Assembly (NCBI GenBank): GCA_947471565.1
Contig: CANIVT010000009.1
Span: 31,170 to 95,169 of the forward strand
Direction: 5' to 3'
Length of the DNA stretch: 64,000 nucleotides
Origin: Spartobacteria bacterium
Lineage (GTDB): Bacteria; Verrucomicrobiota; Verrucomicrobiia; Chthoniobacterales; UBA6821
This document shows, piece after piece, positions 10,700 to 19,185 of this stretch (position 1 is the first letter of the stretch; each line of letters begins with the position of its first letter). The notes beneath the pieces were generated by a model, which was given only the letters and a program-made list of their open reading frames with translations, did not search any database and was not told where the DNA came from. The translations under genes were made by a program, and so were the position numbers.

Positions 10700-11038
10700 T
10701 CACTCCCCTCGACTCAAAGATTCTCTGATCCAAGTTGCGTAGGAGGCTCCCACCGAGGAGGGCTCCACCTCGACGATTTCCGGGACCTCATAGGGGTGGA
10801 GTTCGGCAAGGCGGGCCATGCAAGAGGAGGCAGATTCGGGGGAGGTCTTGAGAATGACCTGTACCTCGGCAGATTCCTCCACCTTGCCCTTCCAACGATA
10901 GATCGAGCGGACTCCCGGCAAGATGCTGGCGCAGGCGATCAACCGCTCATCAAGAAGAGAGCGGATCACCGGGAAAGCGGAGCCCTCGTCGGCAAAGGTG
11001 CTGAGGATCAGGCGTATTCCGTCGTTTGTTCCACTCAC
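10700..11038 (-). CDS. cutA: divalent-cation tolerance protein CutA
   Basis: Motifs 'ACASILPGVRSIYRWKGKVEE' and 'HPYEVPEI'. The start is placed at GTG 11038, giving 112 aa. The maximal ORF to 11158 would overlap the divergent uvrC start. Confidence 0.72.
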   Translation of the reverse strand: MSGTNDGIRLILSTFADEGSAFPVIRSLLDERLIACASILPGVRSIYRWKGKVEESAEVQVILKTSPESASSCMARLAELHPYEVPEIVEVEPSSVGASYATWIRESLSRGE

Positions 11039-11147
11039 CTCCCGAGTAAACCGGATGTCGAAAAGGGGATCAAGTCCACCCCCTGCCGCAGTTTGCCCAA
11101 ACCATGCGACGGCGATAGGCTGTCGGTCTGTCACCAAGATCACTCCG

Positions 11148-12716
11148 ATGAACGGCACCCATACCCCTCAAGCCGCCCTTCAGGCAAAGCTCAGGGAAGT
11201 GCCACATCAACCCGGCGTCTATGTGATCCGGGACCGCTTCGCGAAGATCATCTACGTGGGCAAGGCCCGCGACCTGCGTCGCAGGCTCTCCAATTACTTC
11301 ACCCCCTCGGGGCGCCGTCGCGCGGAAATCAAGACCCGTGCCTTGATCGACAGTGCGGCGGACTACGAGTGGCACACAGTGCGGAGCGACGCGGAGGCGA
11401 TCCTGTTCGAGGGGAAACTCATCAAGGAGTGGCGGCCCAAGTACAACATCAGTTTCCGCGACGACAAGCGATTCCCCCTCGTGCGCGTGAATCTCTCCGA
11501 CCCGATGCCCCGGTTCGAGATGACCCGCCTACGGCGCGAGGATGGCGCGCGCTACTTCGGCCCATTCGCCAACGCGATCGCTCTCCGCAGCACCGTGCAG
11601 GCACTGCGAAAGCAGTTCGGGATCCGTCCCTGCCGTCATCCCGAGCCGGGAGAGCGCGAGTTCAAACACTGCCTCGATCATGCGATCAAGAACTGCACCG
11701 CACCTTGCGTCGGGCGGATCAGCGTGGAGGACTACCGCCGCCGCATGGAAGATGCCTGCGCGGTGCTCGAGGGGAAATCGCGAGAGATGACCGAGAGCCT
11801 CGAGGCAGAGATGGAGAAAGCGGCCGAGCGGCTCGATTTCGAGAAAGCCGCTTCCCTCCGCGACCTGCTGAACGACCTGCGCGAGACCAGTAAACCGATG
11901 CGGCGCTTCACGAGAAAATCACTCCCGAGCGGAATCCGGCCAGCAGAGGATCTGGCGGAACTCCGCGATGCCCTGGGATTGCCGCGAATTCCGGCCTCCA
12001 TGGAGTGTTTCGACATCTCGAATATCTCCGACAACCACATCGTCGCCTCGATGGTCCGCTTCCGTGACGGGGTTCCCGACCGGGAGAACTACCGCCGCTA
12101 CCGCATCACCTCGACTAAGGGCCAGGATGACTTCGCCAGCATGGCCGAGGTCATCAGGAGGCGCTACAGCCGTCTCCTCCGACAGGCAGCAGCCCGCCAT
12201 CCCGAACTGGGGGAATCACAGGAACAGCCAGCCGAGGCCCTGGATCGTGGCACCTCCGGGTCAACCCCCCTTCCCGATTTGATCATCGTGGACGGAGGAA
12301 AGGGGCAGCTCGGTATGGCCTGCCGGGAGCTCCAGGCACTCGGGCTGCACGATCAGCCGGTCATTGGGCTGGCCAAGGAATTCGAGGAGATCTACCGCCC
12401 GGGAGAGTCCGTCCCGCTGAGGCTCGACAAGGATTCCGGGGCGCTACGCTTGCTTCAGCGCATCCGGGACGAAGCCCACCGCGTCGCCAACGGCTACAAC
12501 GAACTCCTGCTGCGGCGGCGTATCTCGGAGAGCCAGCTCGACGACATTCCGGGTGTCAGCGAGGCGCGAAAAAAAATACTCCTCAAGGAATTCGGCAGCA
12601 TTGCCCGCATCCGCCGCGCGACGCCGGAACGGCTTGCTGAGTTGCCGGGAATCAGCGGGGAACTCGCCTCCAGGATTCTGGAAAAGCTCACCTCCAGGAA
12701 ACCCTCGGGCGGTTAG
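11148..12716 (+). CDS. uvrC: excinuclease ABC subunit C
   Basis: The ORF is trimmed to ATG 11148. It has the GIY-YIG motif 'PGVYVIRDRFAKIIYVGKARDLRRRLSNYF', a UVR domain and C-terminal HhH motifs. Confidence 0.93.
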   Translation: MNGTHTPQAALQAKLREVPHQPGVYVIRDRFAKIIYVGKARDLRRRLSNYFTPSGRRRAEIKTRALIDSAADYEWHTVRSDAEAILFEGKLIKEWRPKYNISFRDDKRFPLVRVNLSDPMPRFEMTRLRREDGARYFGPFANAIALRSTVQALRKQFGIRPCRHPEPGEREFKHCLDHAIKNCTAPCVGRISVEDYRRRMEDACAVLEGKSREMTESLEAEMEKAAERLDFEKAASLRDLLNDLRETSKPMRRFTRKSLPSGIRPAEDLAELRDALGLPRIPASMECFDISNISDNHIVASMVRFRDGVPDRENYRRYRITSTKGQDDFASMAEVIRRRYSRLLRQAAARHPELGESQEQPAEALDRGTSGSTPLPDLIIVDGGKGQLGMACRELQALGLHDQPVIGLAKEFEEIYRPGESVPLRLDKDSGALRLLQRIRDEAHRVANGYNELLLRRRISESQLDDIPGVSEARKKILLKEFGSIARIRRATPERLAELPGISGELASRILEKLTSRKPSGG

Positions 12717-13021
12717 TTCTCCTTGAGCAACACGACGGCCGCCTTCTGCTTGGCCTCCAGCAGATTCATCCCCTCGGTATGGTAGAGGCGCTCGTACATC
12801 CTGCGAAGATCATGATTGCTCGTCCTGACAACCTCGGATGCGGTCAGATGCGGATAAACGGGCCTCAGATCAGAGAGGATCCTCTGGACCTGGGGATCCT
12901 TTCTCGGATCGGGCGTCGCTTTCGAAGTCGCGTTGGATGTTGCCTTTGGCTTCGCCTCGAGAGTTGGGGAAAGAAAACCCAGCACCAGCAGCGCGGAAAG
13001 AATCTTGCAGAACAGCCTCAT
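12713..13021 (-). CDS. hypothetical small secreted protein
   Basis: Taking the start at ATG 13021 gives a signal peptide, 'MRLFCKILSALLVLGFLSPTLEA'. I recognise no domain. Confidence 0.4.
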   Translation of the reverse strand: MRLFCKILSALLVLGFLSPTLEAKPKATSNATSKATPDPRKDPQVQRILSDLRPVYPHLTASEVVRTSNHDLRRMYERLYHTEGMNLLEAKQKAAVVLLKEN

Positions 13022-13037
13022 ATTGGACGCTTTAAAG

Positions 13038-13057
13038 CCAGCGGATGGGGAGGGATT
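13038..13057 (-). repeat. 20-nt duplicate of the tRNA-Ser 3' end (att-like scar)
   Basis: 'ccagcggatggggagggatt' is identical to 13178..13197, which covers the T-loop to acceptor 3' strand plus 4 nt of flank. Confidence 0.8.
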
Positions 13058-13181
13058 ATCCCTTGCCTGCGGCAAGAGCTCTGGAGAATGGCTCCGATAA
13101 AATCTCGTGCCGCTGATCGCGGCATGCCAGTCGAACCGTGGTTCTCATCCCTCCATGGATTTTCAGTTTGGATTAAACCAG

Positions 13182-13268
13182 CGGATGGGGAGGGATTCGA
13201 ACCCTCGTTACCGATAAAGGTAAACACGCTTTCCAAGCGTGCGCGATCGACCACTCTGCCACCCATCC
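13182..13268 (-). tRNA. tRNA-Ser (GGA)
   Basis: Hand-folded. Acceptor GGATGGG/CCCATCC, anticodon stem CACGC/GCGTG with loop TTGGAAA, long variable arm, T-arm GAGGG-TTCGAAT-CCCTC. CCA is not encoded. Confidence 0.85.
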
Positions 13269-13368
13269 TGAGCTGGACTGGGGAATGTAGAGGGTAGACC
13301 ATCGCCATGCAAGGACTGTCGTTCTTGCCATCCTTTAGAAAAAGGGTAGCGTGAAAAGCCACTTTAAG

Positions 13369-13444
13369 GCCGCTTTAGCTCAGTCGGTAGAGCATCTCAT
13401 TCGTAATGAGAGGGTCATCGGTTCGAATCCGATAAGCGGCTCCA
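13369..13444 (+). tRNA. tRNA-Thr (CGT)
   Basis: Acceptor GCCGCTT/AAGCGGC, D-loop 'AGCTCAGTCGGTAGAGC', anticodon loop TTCGTAA, T-loop GGTTCGAATCC. CCA is encoded. Confidence 0.9.
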
Positions 13445-13458
13445 TCACCTTTTCCCGG

Positions 13459-14628
13459 ATGAACCCCTTGGACAATATGCTTTCCGAGGAACTGCAGAGG
13501 CTGACGGAGTCCAACCTGCGCCGCAGCCTCCGGATTATTGACCGCTCGGAAGGTGTCCTTCTTACCATCAGCGGCAGGGAGATCGTTAATTTTTCCTCCA
13601 ATGACTACCTGGGGTTGGCCTCACATCCGGCCCTCGCCGAAGCGATGGCGGAAGGAGCGCGTCGCTGGGGAACGGGCGCAACCGCCTCGCGCCTGATCTG
13701 CGGCACCACCGCAGAACATGCCTCTCTGGAGGAGGAACTCGCCTCGGCCAAGGGAACGGCGGCTTCGCTGGTTTTCTCCACCGGTGCGGCCGCGGCCACG
13801 GGAACGATCCCCGCGCTGGTGGGCCGCGGCGATGTCGTGATACTCGACAAGCTCGCCCATGCCTGCCTGATCGACGGAACCCATGCAAGCGGGGCCAAGA
13901 TGCGGGTCTTCCCCCACAATGATCTGGGGAAGCTGGAGTCGCACCTCCGGTGGGCCCGGGAAACCCATCCCGACGGAAAGATCCTGATCATCACGGAGTC
14001 GGTCTTCAGCATGGACGGCGATCTCGCGCCGCTGCGGGAGATCGTGGATCTCAAGGAACGTCATGGTGCCTGGCTGATGCTGGACGAAGCCCATGCCGTC
14101 GGGGTCCGGGGAACCGGGATTCAGGGCTTGGCAGGGGAACTCGGCCTCATCGACCGGATCGAGATCCAGATGGGAACGCTCGGAAAGGCTCTCGGCGTCT
14201 CGGGCGGCTACATCGCCGGCTCGCGGGTACTGATTGATTTTTTGGTCAACCGTGCCCGCAGCTTTATTTTCTCCACCGCCCCGTCTCCCGCAGTAGCCGC
14301 AGCCTGCCGCGCCGCCATCAAGGTTGTTTGCTCGGAAGAGGGGGATCGCCGGCGCGCGACGCTCCGCGGACACATCGCCTTTCTCTCCTCACTGCTCCGC
14401 ACGGAACCGGCAGAGAGTGCCATCATCCCCCTGATTCTTGGCTCCGAGGAGCGGGCACTCGCGGAGGCGACCCGCCTTTTCGAGGCGGGCTTTTTCGTTC
14501 CCGGCATCCGCTATCCGACCGTACCGAAAAACACGGCCCGGCTCCGCGTCTCGCTCAGCGCCGCGCATTCCCCGGAGCAAATCCGGGCTCTCGCCGGGGC
14601 GCTTCAAAGGAGCAGCCAAGGAGTTTAA
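13459..14628 (+). CDS. bioF: 8-amino-7-oxononanoate synthase
   Basis: The ORF is trimmed to ATG 13459 because the upstream part overlaps tRNA-Thr. Motifs 'NFSSNDYLGL', 'DEAHAVGV' and 'GTLGKALG' (PLP lysine). Confidence 0.9.
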   Translation: MNPLDNMLSEELQRLTESNLRRSLRIIDRSEGVLLTISGREIVNFSSNDYLGLASHPALAEAMAEGARRWGTGATASRLICGTTAEHASLEEELASAKGTAASLVFSTGAAAATGTIPALVGRGDVVILDKLAHACLIDGTHASGAKMRVFPHNDLGKLESHLRWARETHPDGKILIITESVFSMDGDLAPLREIVDLKERHGAWLMLDEAHAVGVRGTGIQGLAGELGLIDRIEIQMGTLGKALGVSGGYIAGSRVLIDFLVNRARSFIFSTAPSPAVAAACRAAIKVVCSEEGDRRRATLRGHIAFLSSLLRTEPAESAIIPLILGSEERALAEATRLFEAGFFVPGIRYPTVPKNTARLRVSLSAAHSPEQIRALAGALQRSSQGV

Positions 14629-14638
14629 TGGAAATCTC

Positions 14639-14663
14639 GCGCAGAGGCGCAGAGATCGCAGAG
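14639..14663 (+). repeat. triple-octamer element copy 1 (gcgcagag gcgcagag atcgcagag)
   Basis: Starts 10 nt after the bioF stop, in sense orientation. Confidence 0.75.
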
Positions 14664-14691
14664 GCTGAAGAAAACGGGTGATTCGCCCAAC

Positions 14692-15678
14692 CTAGACCGC
14701 GGGAACTCCCTGTTCCGCCCTTTGGGCTTGTTCAAGGGGGGCCAGGTCGATCGCTCGGAGGAGGTCGAGATCCTCGTTCGTGCCGGGATTCTCGGCGGTG
14801 AGGAGTTTGTCCCCGTAAAAGATCGAATTCGCTCCGGCAAAGAAGCAGAGGGCCTGTCCCTCGCGGGTCATGCGAGTGCGACCGGCGGAAAGCCTGATCC
14901 TGGCCTTCGGAAGAACGATGCGGGCCACGGCGATGAGGCGCACAAGTTGGAAGATGTCGACGGGAGGCTGTTCCTCGAGCGGGGTGCCGGGCATCGACAT
15001 GAGGCAGTTGATCGGGACGCTCTCGGGCGGAGGATTGAACCCGCAGAGGACTTCAAGCATGCGCAGGCGGTCGCGCTCGGTCTCACCCATCCCGATGATG
15101 CCACCGCAGCAAACAGCCATGCCGGCCTTCTGAACCGAGGCGATTGTGTTGAGACGATCCTCGAAGGTGTGAGAGGAGACAATGTTGGGATAATGCTCCG
15201 GCGAGGTGTCGATGTTATGGTTGTAAGCGGTGACGCCGGCATCCTTGAGTTGGAGAGCCTCTTCATCACCTAGTTGACCGAGGGTGACACAGACCTCCAT
15301 GCCAAGCTTGCTGACCTCGCGGACAGTCTCGAGCATCGAGTCGAAGCGAGGATCGCCCGCCTTCACTCCCTTCCAGGCGGCCCCCATGCAGAAGCGGGTT
15401 GTGCCGCTTTCGCGGGCCTGCTTGGCGATGGGGAGGATCTCGGAGCAGCCCATGAGCTTGCCGGCCTTGACCCCGGTGTCGTAGCGGGAACTCTGGGCAC
15501 AGTAGGAGCAATCCTCGCTGCAACCGCCGGTCTTCACGCTCAATAACGTGCAGAGCTGGACATTGTCCTCGTCCCAGTTCTGCAGATGGACGGAGCGCGA
15601 CTGCTGGATGAGGTCGAAGAAGGGCGTACGGTAGATTTCCTCGAGACGGGCGAGGGGAACGGGGTGGGATGTGCTCAC
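14692..15678 (-). CDS. bioB: biotin synthase
   Basis: Radical-SAM motif 'GGCSEDCSYCAQS', plus 'CMGAAW' and 'YNHNIDT'. Start at GTG 15678 gives 328 aa. The longer N-terminal extension to 15840 is not BioB-like. Confidence 0.9.
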   Translation of the reverse strand: MSTSHPVPLARLEEIYRTPFFDLIQQSRSVHLQNWDEDNVQLCTLLSVKTGGCSEDCSYCAQSSRYDTGVKAGKLMGCSEILPIAKQARESGTTRFCMGAAWKGVKAGDPRFDSMLETVREVSKLGMEVCVTLGQLGDEEALQLKDAGVTAYNHNIDTSPEHYPNIVSSHTFEDRLNTIASVQKAGMAVCCGGIIGMGETERDRLRMLEVLCGFNPPPESVPINCLMSMPGTPLEEQPPVDIFQLVRLIAVARIVLPKARIRLSAGRTRMTREGQALCFFAGANSIFYGDKLLTAENPGTNEDLDLLRAIDLAPLEQAQRAEQGVPAV

Positions 15679-15858
15679 GGGTGTAGAGGTTAAAGGCTGA
15701 AAATGAAAAGATGAAGGATGAACCAAGCATCTGGGAAGATGCGCAAAAGGTGCGTGGGAACGCAGCTTAGTCATGCCGAAGGCAGTCCGGGCAAAGCCCG
15801 GAGGGCTGATCCGGGAGGATCGCCGGACAAAAGACGACAAAGCCTCAGCCCGGAGGGC

Positions 15859-15885
15859 GCCACCGCTTGCCGGGCGGCAAGTGGC
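15859..15885 (-). repeat. REP-like 27-nt hairpin, copy B
   Basis: The minus-strand reading 'gccacttgccgcccggcaagcggtggc' lies about 26 nt downstream of the rnr stop. It is homologous to 19027..19053. Confidence 0.7.
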
Positions 15886-15911
15886 GTCAATGCTGAAACT
15901 AGCGGAAAATC

Positions 15912-18260
15912 CTACCAGCTGAGCCCATCCATGAAACCGGCCTTGTTCTCCCTGACGCCAGCATCCTTTCCTCCCTTGTCTTTCCGGGGGGATTTTCCGG
16001 ACCGTGGCTCCGCAGCGATCCGGAAGTCGATCTGCTGCTTGAAGGTGTCGACCCTCAGGACCTGCACCCGGAGGGTGTCGCCGGCCTTGAATACCCGGCG
16101 CGAATGTCGACCGATGAGGCGCGATTTCGTGGCGTCAAAGAAATAGAAATCATCCCCCAAGGAAGAGGCCGGGACCAAACCCGTCATGAGGGTCTCGGGG
16201 AGTTCCACGAGCAGGCCGTAGTTCCTGGCCTCGATGACCTGCGCCTCGAAGGAGGGAACGACACCCGCCTGAGCCTCCTCGGCGAGCTTGGAGAAATACT
16301 CGAGCTTCTTGAGGCGGACTGATTCCTTCTCGGCATCGGCGGCCGTGCGTTCGGTGGTGGAGAGATGCTCGCTGACGCTCTCAAGGTCGCGGGAATCCGG
16401 CCCTTGGTGACTGGGATCAAGCAGACGGGCAAGCGAGCGGTGGGTCAGCAGGTCGGCGTAGCGGCGGATCGGGCTGGTGAAGTGGCTGTAGTCGGCCTTG
16501 GAGAGGCCGTAGTGACCGATCGGGTCGGGTGCGTAGCGGGCCCGCTTCAGACTCTTGAGCAGGCCGATCTTGAGGGCCGATGCGTAGGGCTGGCCCTTGA
16601 GCCCGTCGAGCAGCTTCTGAAGCTCGGGGCGGTTGCCGAGATCGCCGGCCTTCACACCGTAGGTGGCGGCGAGTTCCCGGTAATCGTCGAGTTTCTCGGG
16701 ATCGGGCTTCTCGTGGATGCGGTAGATATTGGGCTGCTTACGCTGCTTGAGGTGGCGCGCCACCTGCTCGTTGGCCAGCAGCATGAGTTCCTCAATGAGC
16801 TGGTGGGAGATATCGTTCTCGACGAGCTCGAGCTTTACGGGCCGTCCCTCCTTGTCGAGCCAGACCTTCACCTCGGGCATCTCGAGGTCGAGGGCTCCGG
16901 CAGCGAAGCGGCGCTTCCGGAGTACGGAGGAGCAGGCCCACGCTTCGTGGACGCGACGACCGACCTCGTCCTTGGGCGGTTCCTGCAGGATGGCGAAGGC
17001 CTGCCGGTAGGTGAGGCGGGCGGAACTCCGGATGACGGAGCGTCCGAAACGGACCTTGCCGACCGAGCCATCGCGCCTGATGGTCGCAAAAACGCTGAAA
17101 GCCAGACGATCCTCGTTAGGACGCAAGCTGCAAAGACCATTGGAAAGGTTTTCCGGCAGCATCGGGATGACCCGGTCTGCGAGATAAACGCTGTTGCCGC
17201 GCTTGCGGGCCTCCTTGTCGAGATGGGATCCCGGCTTCACATAGTGGGAGACATCCGCAATATGGACGCTCACCTCCCAGCCTTCCGCTATCGGCTGCAC
17301 CTCGATGGCGTCGTCAAAGTCGCGCGCATCGTCGGGATCGATCGTGATGATGTCGCGTCCACGGAGATCCTCGCGCCCATCCAAATCGGCCGTGGTCACC
17401 TCAGCGCCGAAACGGTCGGCCTCCACACTGACCGCCGGGGGAAATTCGCGGGGGAGGCGATGCTTGTGGATGACTGCGAGCATGTCCACGCCGGGAGAAC
17501 CCGCAGGCCCGAGAACCTCGGTGATCGTGCCGACAGGGGTCTCGTGGCTGTTCTCCCAGCGGTCGAGACGGGCCACCACCTTGTCGCCGGGACGGGCGTT
17601 CTTGGCAGGTGTTACCAGCAGATCACGCGGGAAGCGCGGATCGTCCGGCACCACTTCGAGGAAGCGTCCGTTTTTTCGCAGCGTTCCCACCACGGGTGAC
17701 CCGGACCGCTCCACCACCCGGACAATGCGCCCCTCGGGACGGCCATCGCGCCTCGGACGGCCATGGTCACGGGAATCGCGGATTAGACGGGCCACGACAC
17801 GGTCGCCGTTGAGAGCAGTGCCGAGATTATCGGAACGGATAAAGAGATCCTTGCCCCCCTGCTGCTCGGCAAGCACATGGCCAGATCCGCCGGCGTGGAG
17901 CTGCAGCGTTCCCGTAAAAAGATCGGCGGCCTGAGGCAGAATGTAATGGTCTCGGCGGACCCGGACGATCCGCCCACTCCTCTCCAGATCCTGTAACCGC
18001 CCGACAACTTCGGGAAGGGCAGAGGGAGGAAGACTCAGGGCGCGCGTAACGGATGCCGCCGTCATCGGTTCCTCGCTGATGAGGGGAAGGATCCTTTGTT
18101 CGAGCTTTCCGTCCCTAGGTTCGCGTTCCCGGAGTTTTGGATTCTGCTTACCAGAGTTTATGCGGGCCCCCTGCTTCTGCTTGGAACGAGGGGAAGCGGA
18201 GGCCTCCGGCTTTCCGCGGAAATTCGGCCGACCGACGCGACGCTTGGGGTTCTTGGGCAC
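15912..18260 (-). CDS. rnr: ribonuclease R
   Basis: 782 aa. The RNB domain carries 'ITIDPDDARDFDDA' and 'SVYLADRVIPMLP', followed by a C-terminal S1 domain and basic tails. Confidence 0.93.
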   Translation of the reverse strand: MPKNPKRRVGRPNFRGKPEASASPRSKQKQGARINSGKQNPKLREREPRDGKLEQRILPLISEEPMTAASVTRALSLPPSALPEVVGRLQDLERSGRIVRVRRDHYILPQAADLFTGTLQLHAGGSGHVLAEQQGGKDLFIRSDNLGTALNGDRVVARLIRDSRDHGRPRRDGRPEGRIVRVVERSGSPVVGTLRKNGRFLEVVPDDPRFPRDLLVTPAKNARPGDKVVARLDRWENSHETPVGTITEVLGPAGSPGVDMLAVIHKHRLPREFPPAVSVEADRFGAEVTTADLDGREDLRGRDIITIDPDDARDFDDAIEVQPIAEGWEVSVHIADVSHYVKPGSHLDKEARKRGNSVYLADRVIPMLPENLSNGLCSLRPNEDRLAFSVFATIRRDGSVGKVRFGRSVIRSSARLTYRQAFAILQEPPKDEVGRRVHEAWACSSVLRKRRFAAGALDLEMPEVKVWLDKEGRPVKLELVENDISHQLIEELMLLANEQVARHLKQRKQPNIYRIHEKPDPEKLDDYRELAATYGVKAGDLGNRPELQKLLDGLKGQPYASALKIGLLKSLKRARYAPDPIGHYGLSKADYSHFTSPIRRYADLLTHRSLARLLDPSHQGPDSRDLESVSEHLSTTERTAADAEKESVRLKKLEYFSKLAEEAQAGVVPSFEAQVIEARNYGLLVELPETLMTGLVPASSLGDDFYFFDATKSRLIGRHSRRVFKAGDTLRVQVLRVDTFKQQIDFRIAAEPRSGKSPRKDKGGKDAGVRENKAGFMDGLSW

Positions 18261-18339
18261 GCCTCACCATCAACTGCTTTCCCATGTGGGCAAACAAGAA
18301 AATGCTTGTCGCAGGCAATGCGTGGAAGAGACTTTTCTG

Positions 18340-18882
18340 ATGCAGACCCGCTTCCTTAAAGAACAGATGGAACAGAAAACGATTCGAGGATTCACCCTGA
18401 TCGAACTTCTGGTGGTAATCGCCATCATCGCCATCCTGGCAGGCCTATTGATGCCAGCCGCATCCAGCGCGCAGAACTCTGCCAAAAAAACGACCGCGAA
18501 GAACCAAGCCGTTCAAATCGCGACAGCCATCACCGCCTACGAAACGGAATACGGTCGACTCCCTGCTTTCAGTTCCACGAACATGGATGCCGCAGCGGTC
18601 TCCATGCTCTGCACCACTACTAACATAAACAATCCACGAGGGATCATCTTTCTGGAGGCGAACGCCTGGAAAAACGGTAAAGGAGGAACCAATGCCAACG
18701 GCTTCTGTGATCCTTTTGCCTCCACCAATTTGTATAAAGTAGCCCTTGATACCAACTACGTAAATCAGATCACGGCACCAACGAATGCTGCAGGCACGAC
18801 GGCTATCATTTCAAAGCATGTTGGCGTATGGACGACTCCCTTAATTGGCAGAACCAATGTACTGATCAATTCTTGGGACTGA
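18340..18882 (+). CDS. prepilin-type N-terminal cleavage/methylation domain protein (pseudopilin-like)
   Basis: 'RGFTLIELLVVIAIIAILAGLLMPA' is a class III signal peptide. The start could be ATG 18340 or 18367; the upstream part of the ORF is not credible. Confidence 0.8.
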   Translation: MQTRFLKEQMEQKTIRGFTLIELLVVIAIIAILAGLLMPAASSAQNSAKKTTAKNQAVQIATAITAYETEYGRLPAFSSTNMDAAAVSMLCTTTNINNPRGIIFLEANAWKNGKGGTNANGFCDPFASTNLYKVALDTNYVNQITAPTNAAGTTAIISKHVGVWTTPLIGRTNVLINSWD

Positions 18883-18889
18883 TTTTCCA

Positions 18890-18963
18890 GCGGGTGTGGT
18901 TCAATGGTAGAATGTGGGCTTCCCAAGCCTGAGACGAGGGTTCGATTCCCTTCACCCGCTCCA
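18890..18963 (+). tRNA. tRNA-Gly (CCC)
   Basis: Acceptor GCGGGTG/CACCCGC, anticodon loop TTCCCAA, T-arm GAGGG?TTCGATTCCCTT. CCA is encoded. It begins 7 nt after the pseudopilin stop. Confidence 0.87.
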
Positions 18964-19026
18964 TCAGTTCATGTTGCTTCCTCGCCAAACTTGGTTTGCT
19001 TATTGAGGTCGGTTCGATTGAATGAC

Positions 19027-19053
19027 GGCACTTGCCGCCCGGCAAGCTGTGCC
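19027..19053 (+). repeat. REP-like 27-nt hairpin, copy A
   Basis: 'ggcacttgccgcccggcaagctgtgcc', 63 nt downstream of tRNA-Gly. Confidence 0.7.
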
Positions 19054-19185
19054 GCCCTTTGGGTTCCGCTATGCGGAATCTTCCGCGCCGCTTTCCAGCG
19101 CCTCGGTTCAGCTTCGTTCACGAGCCTAGCCGAGGGTCTGGTCGCCCCGCCGTCTCACGATGGGTTCGCCCCTTCGGCCTCTCTC

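Noticed and set aside
11039-11158. Long form of cutA overlapping the uvrC start
   Set aside because: The first 40 residues are not CutA-like, and the long form would overlap the divergent uvrC start codon (11148). An in-frame GTG at 11038 gives a normal-length CutA. The choice remains uncertain.
13351-13458. 5' extension of the bioF ORF, and the ORF 18904-19257
   Set aside because: Both run through tRNA genes (tRNA-Thr and tRNA-Gly) and are translation artefacts of tRNA sequence.
16365-17699. 444-aa plus-strand ORF inside rnr
   Set aside because: It is antisense to an RNase R gene with clear RNB and S1 motifs, and its composition is artefactual.
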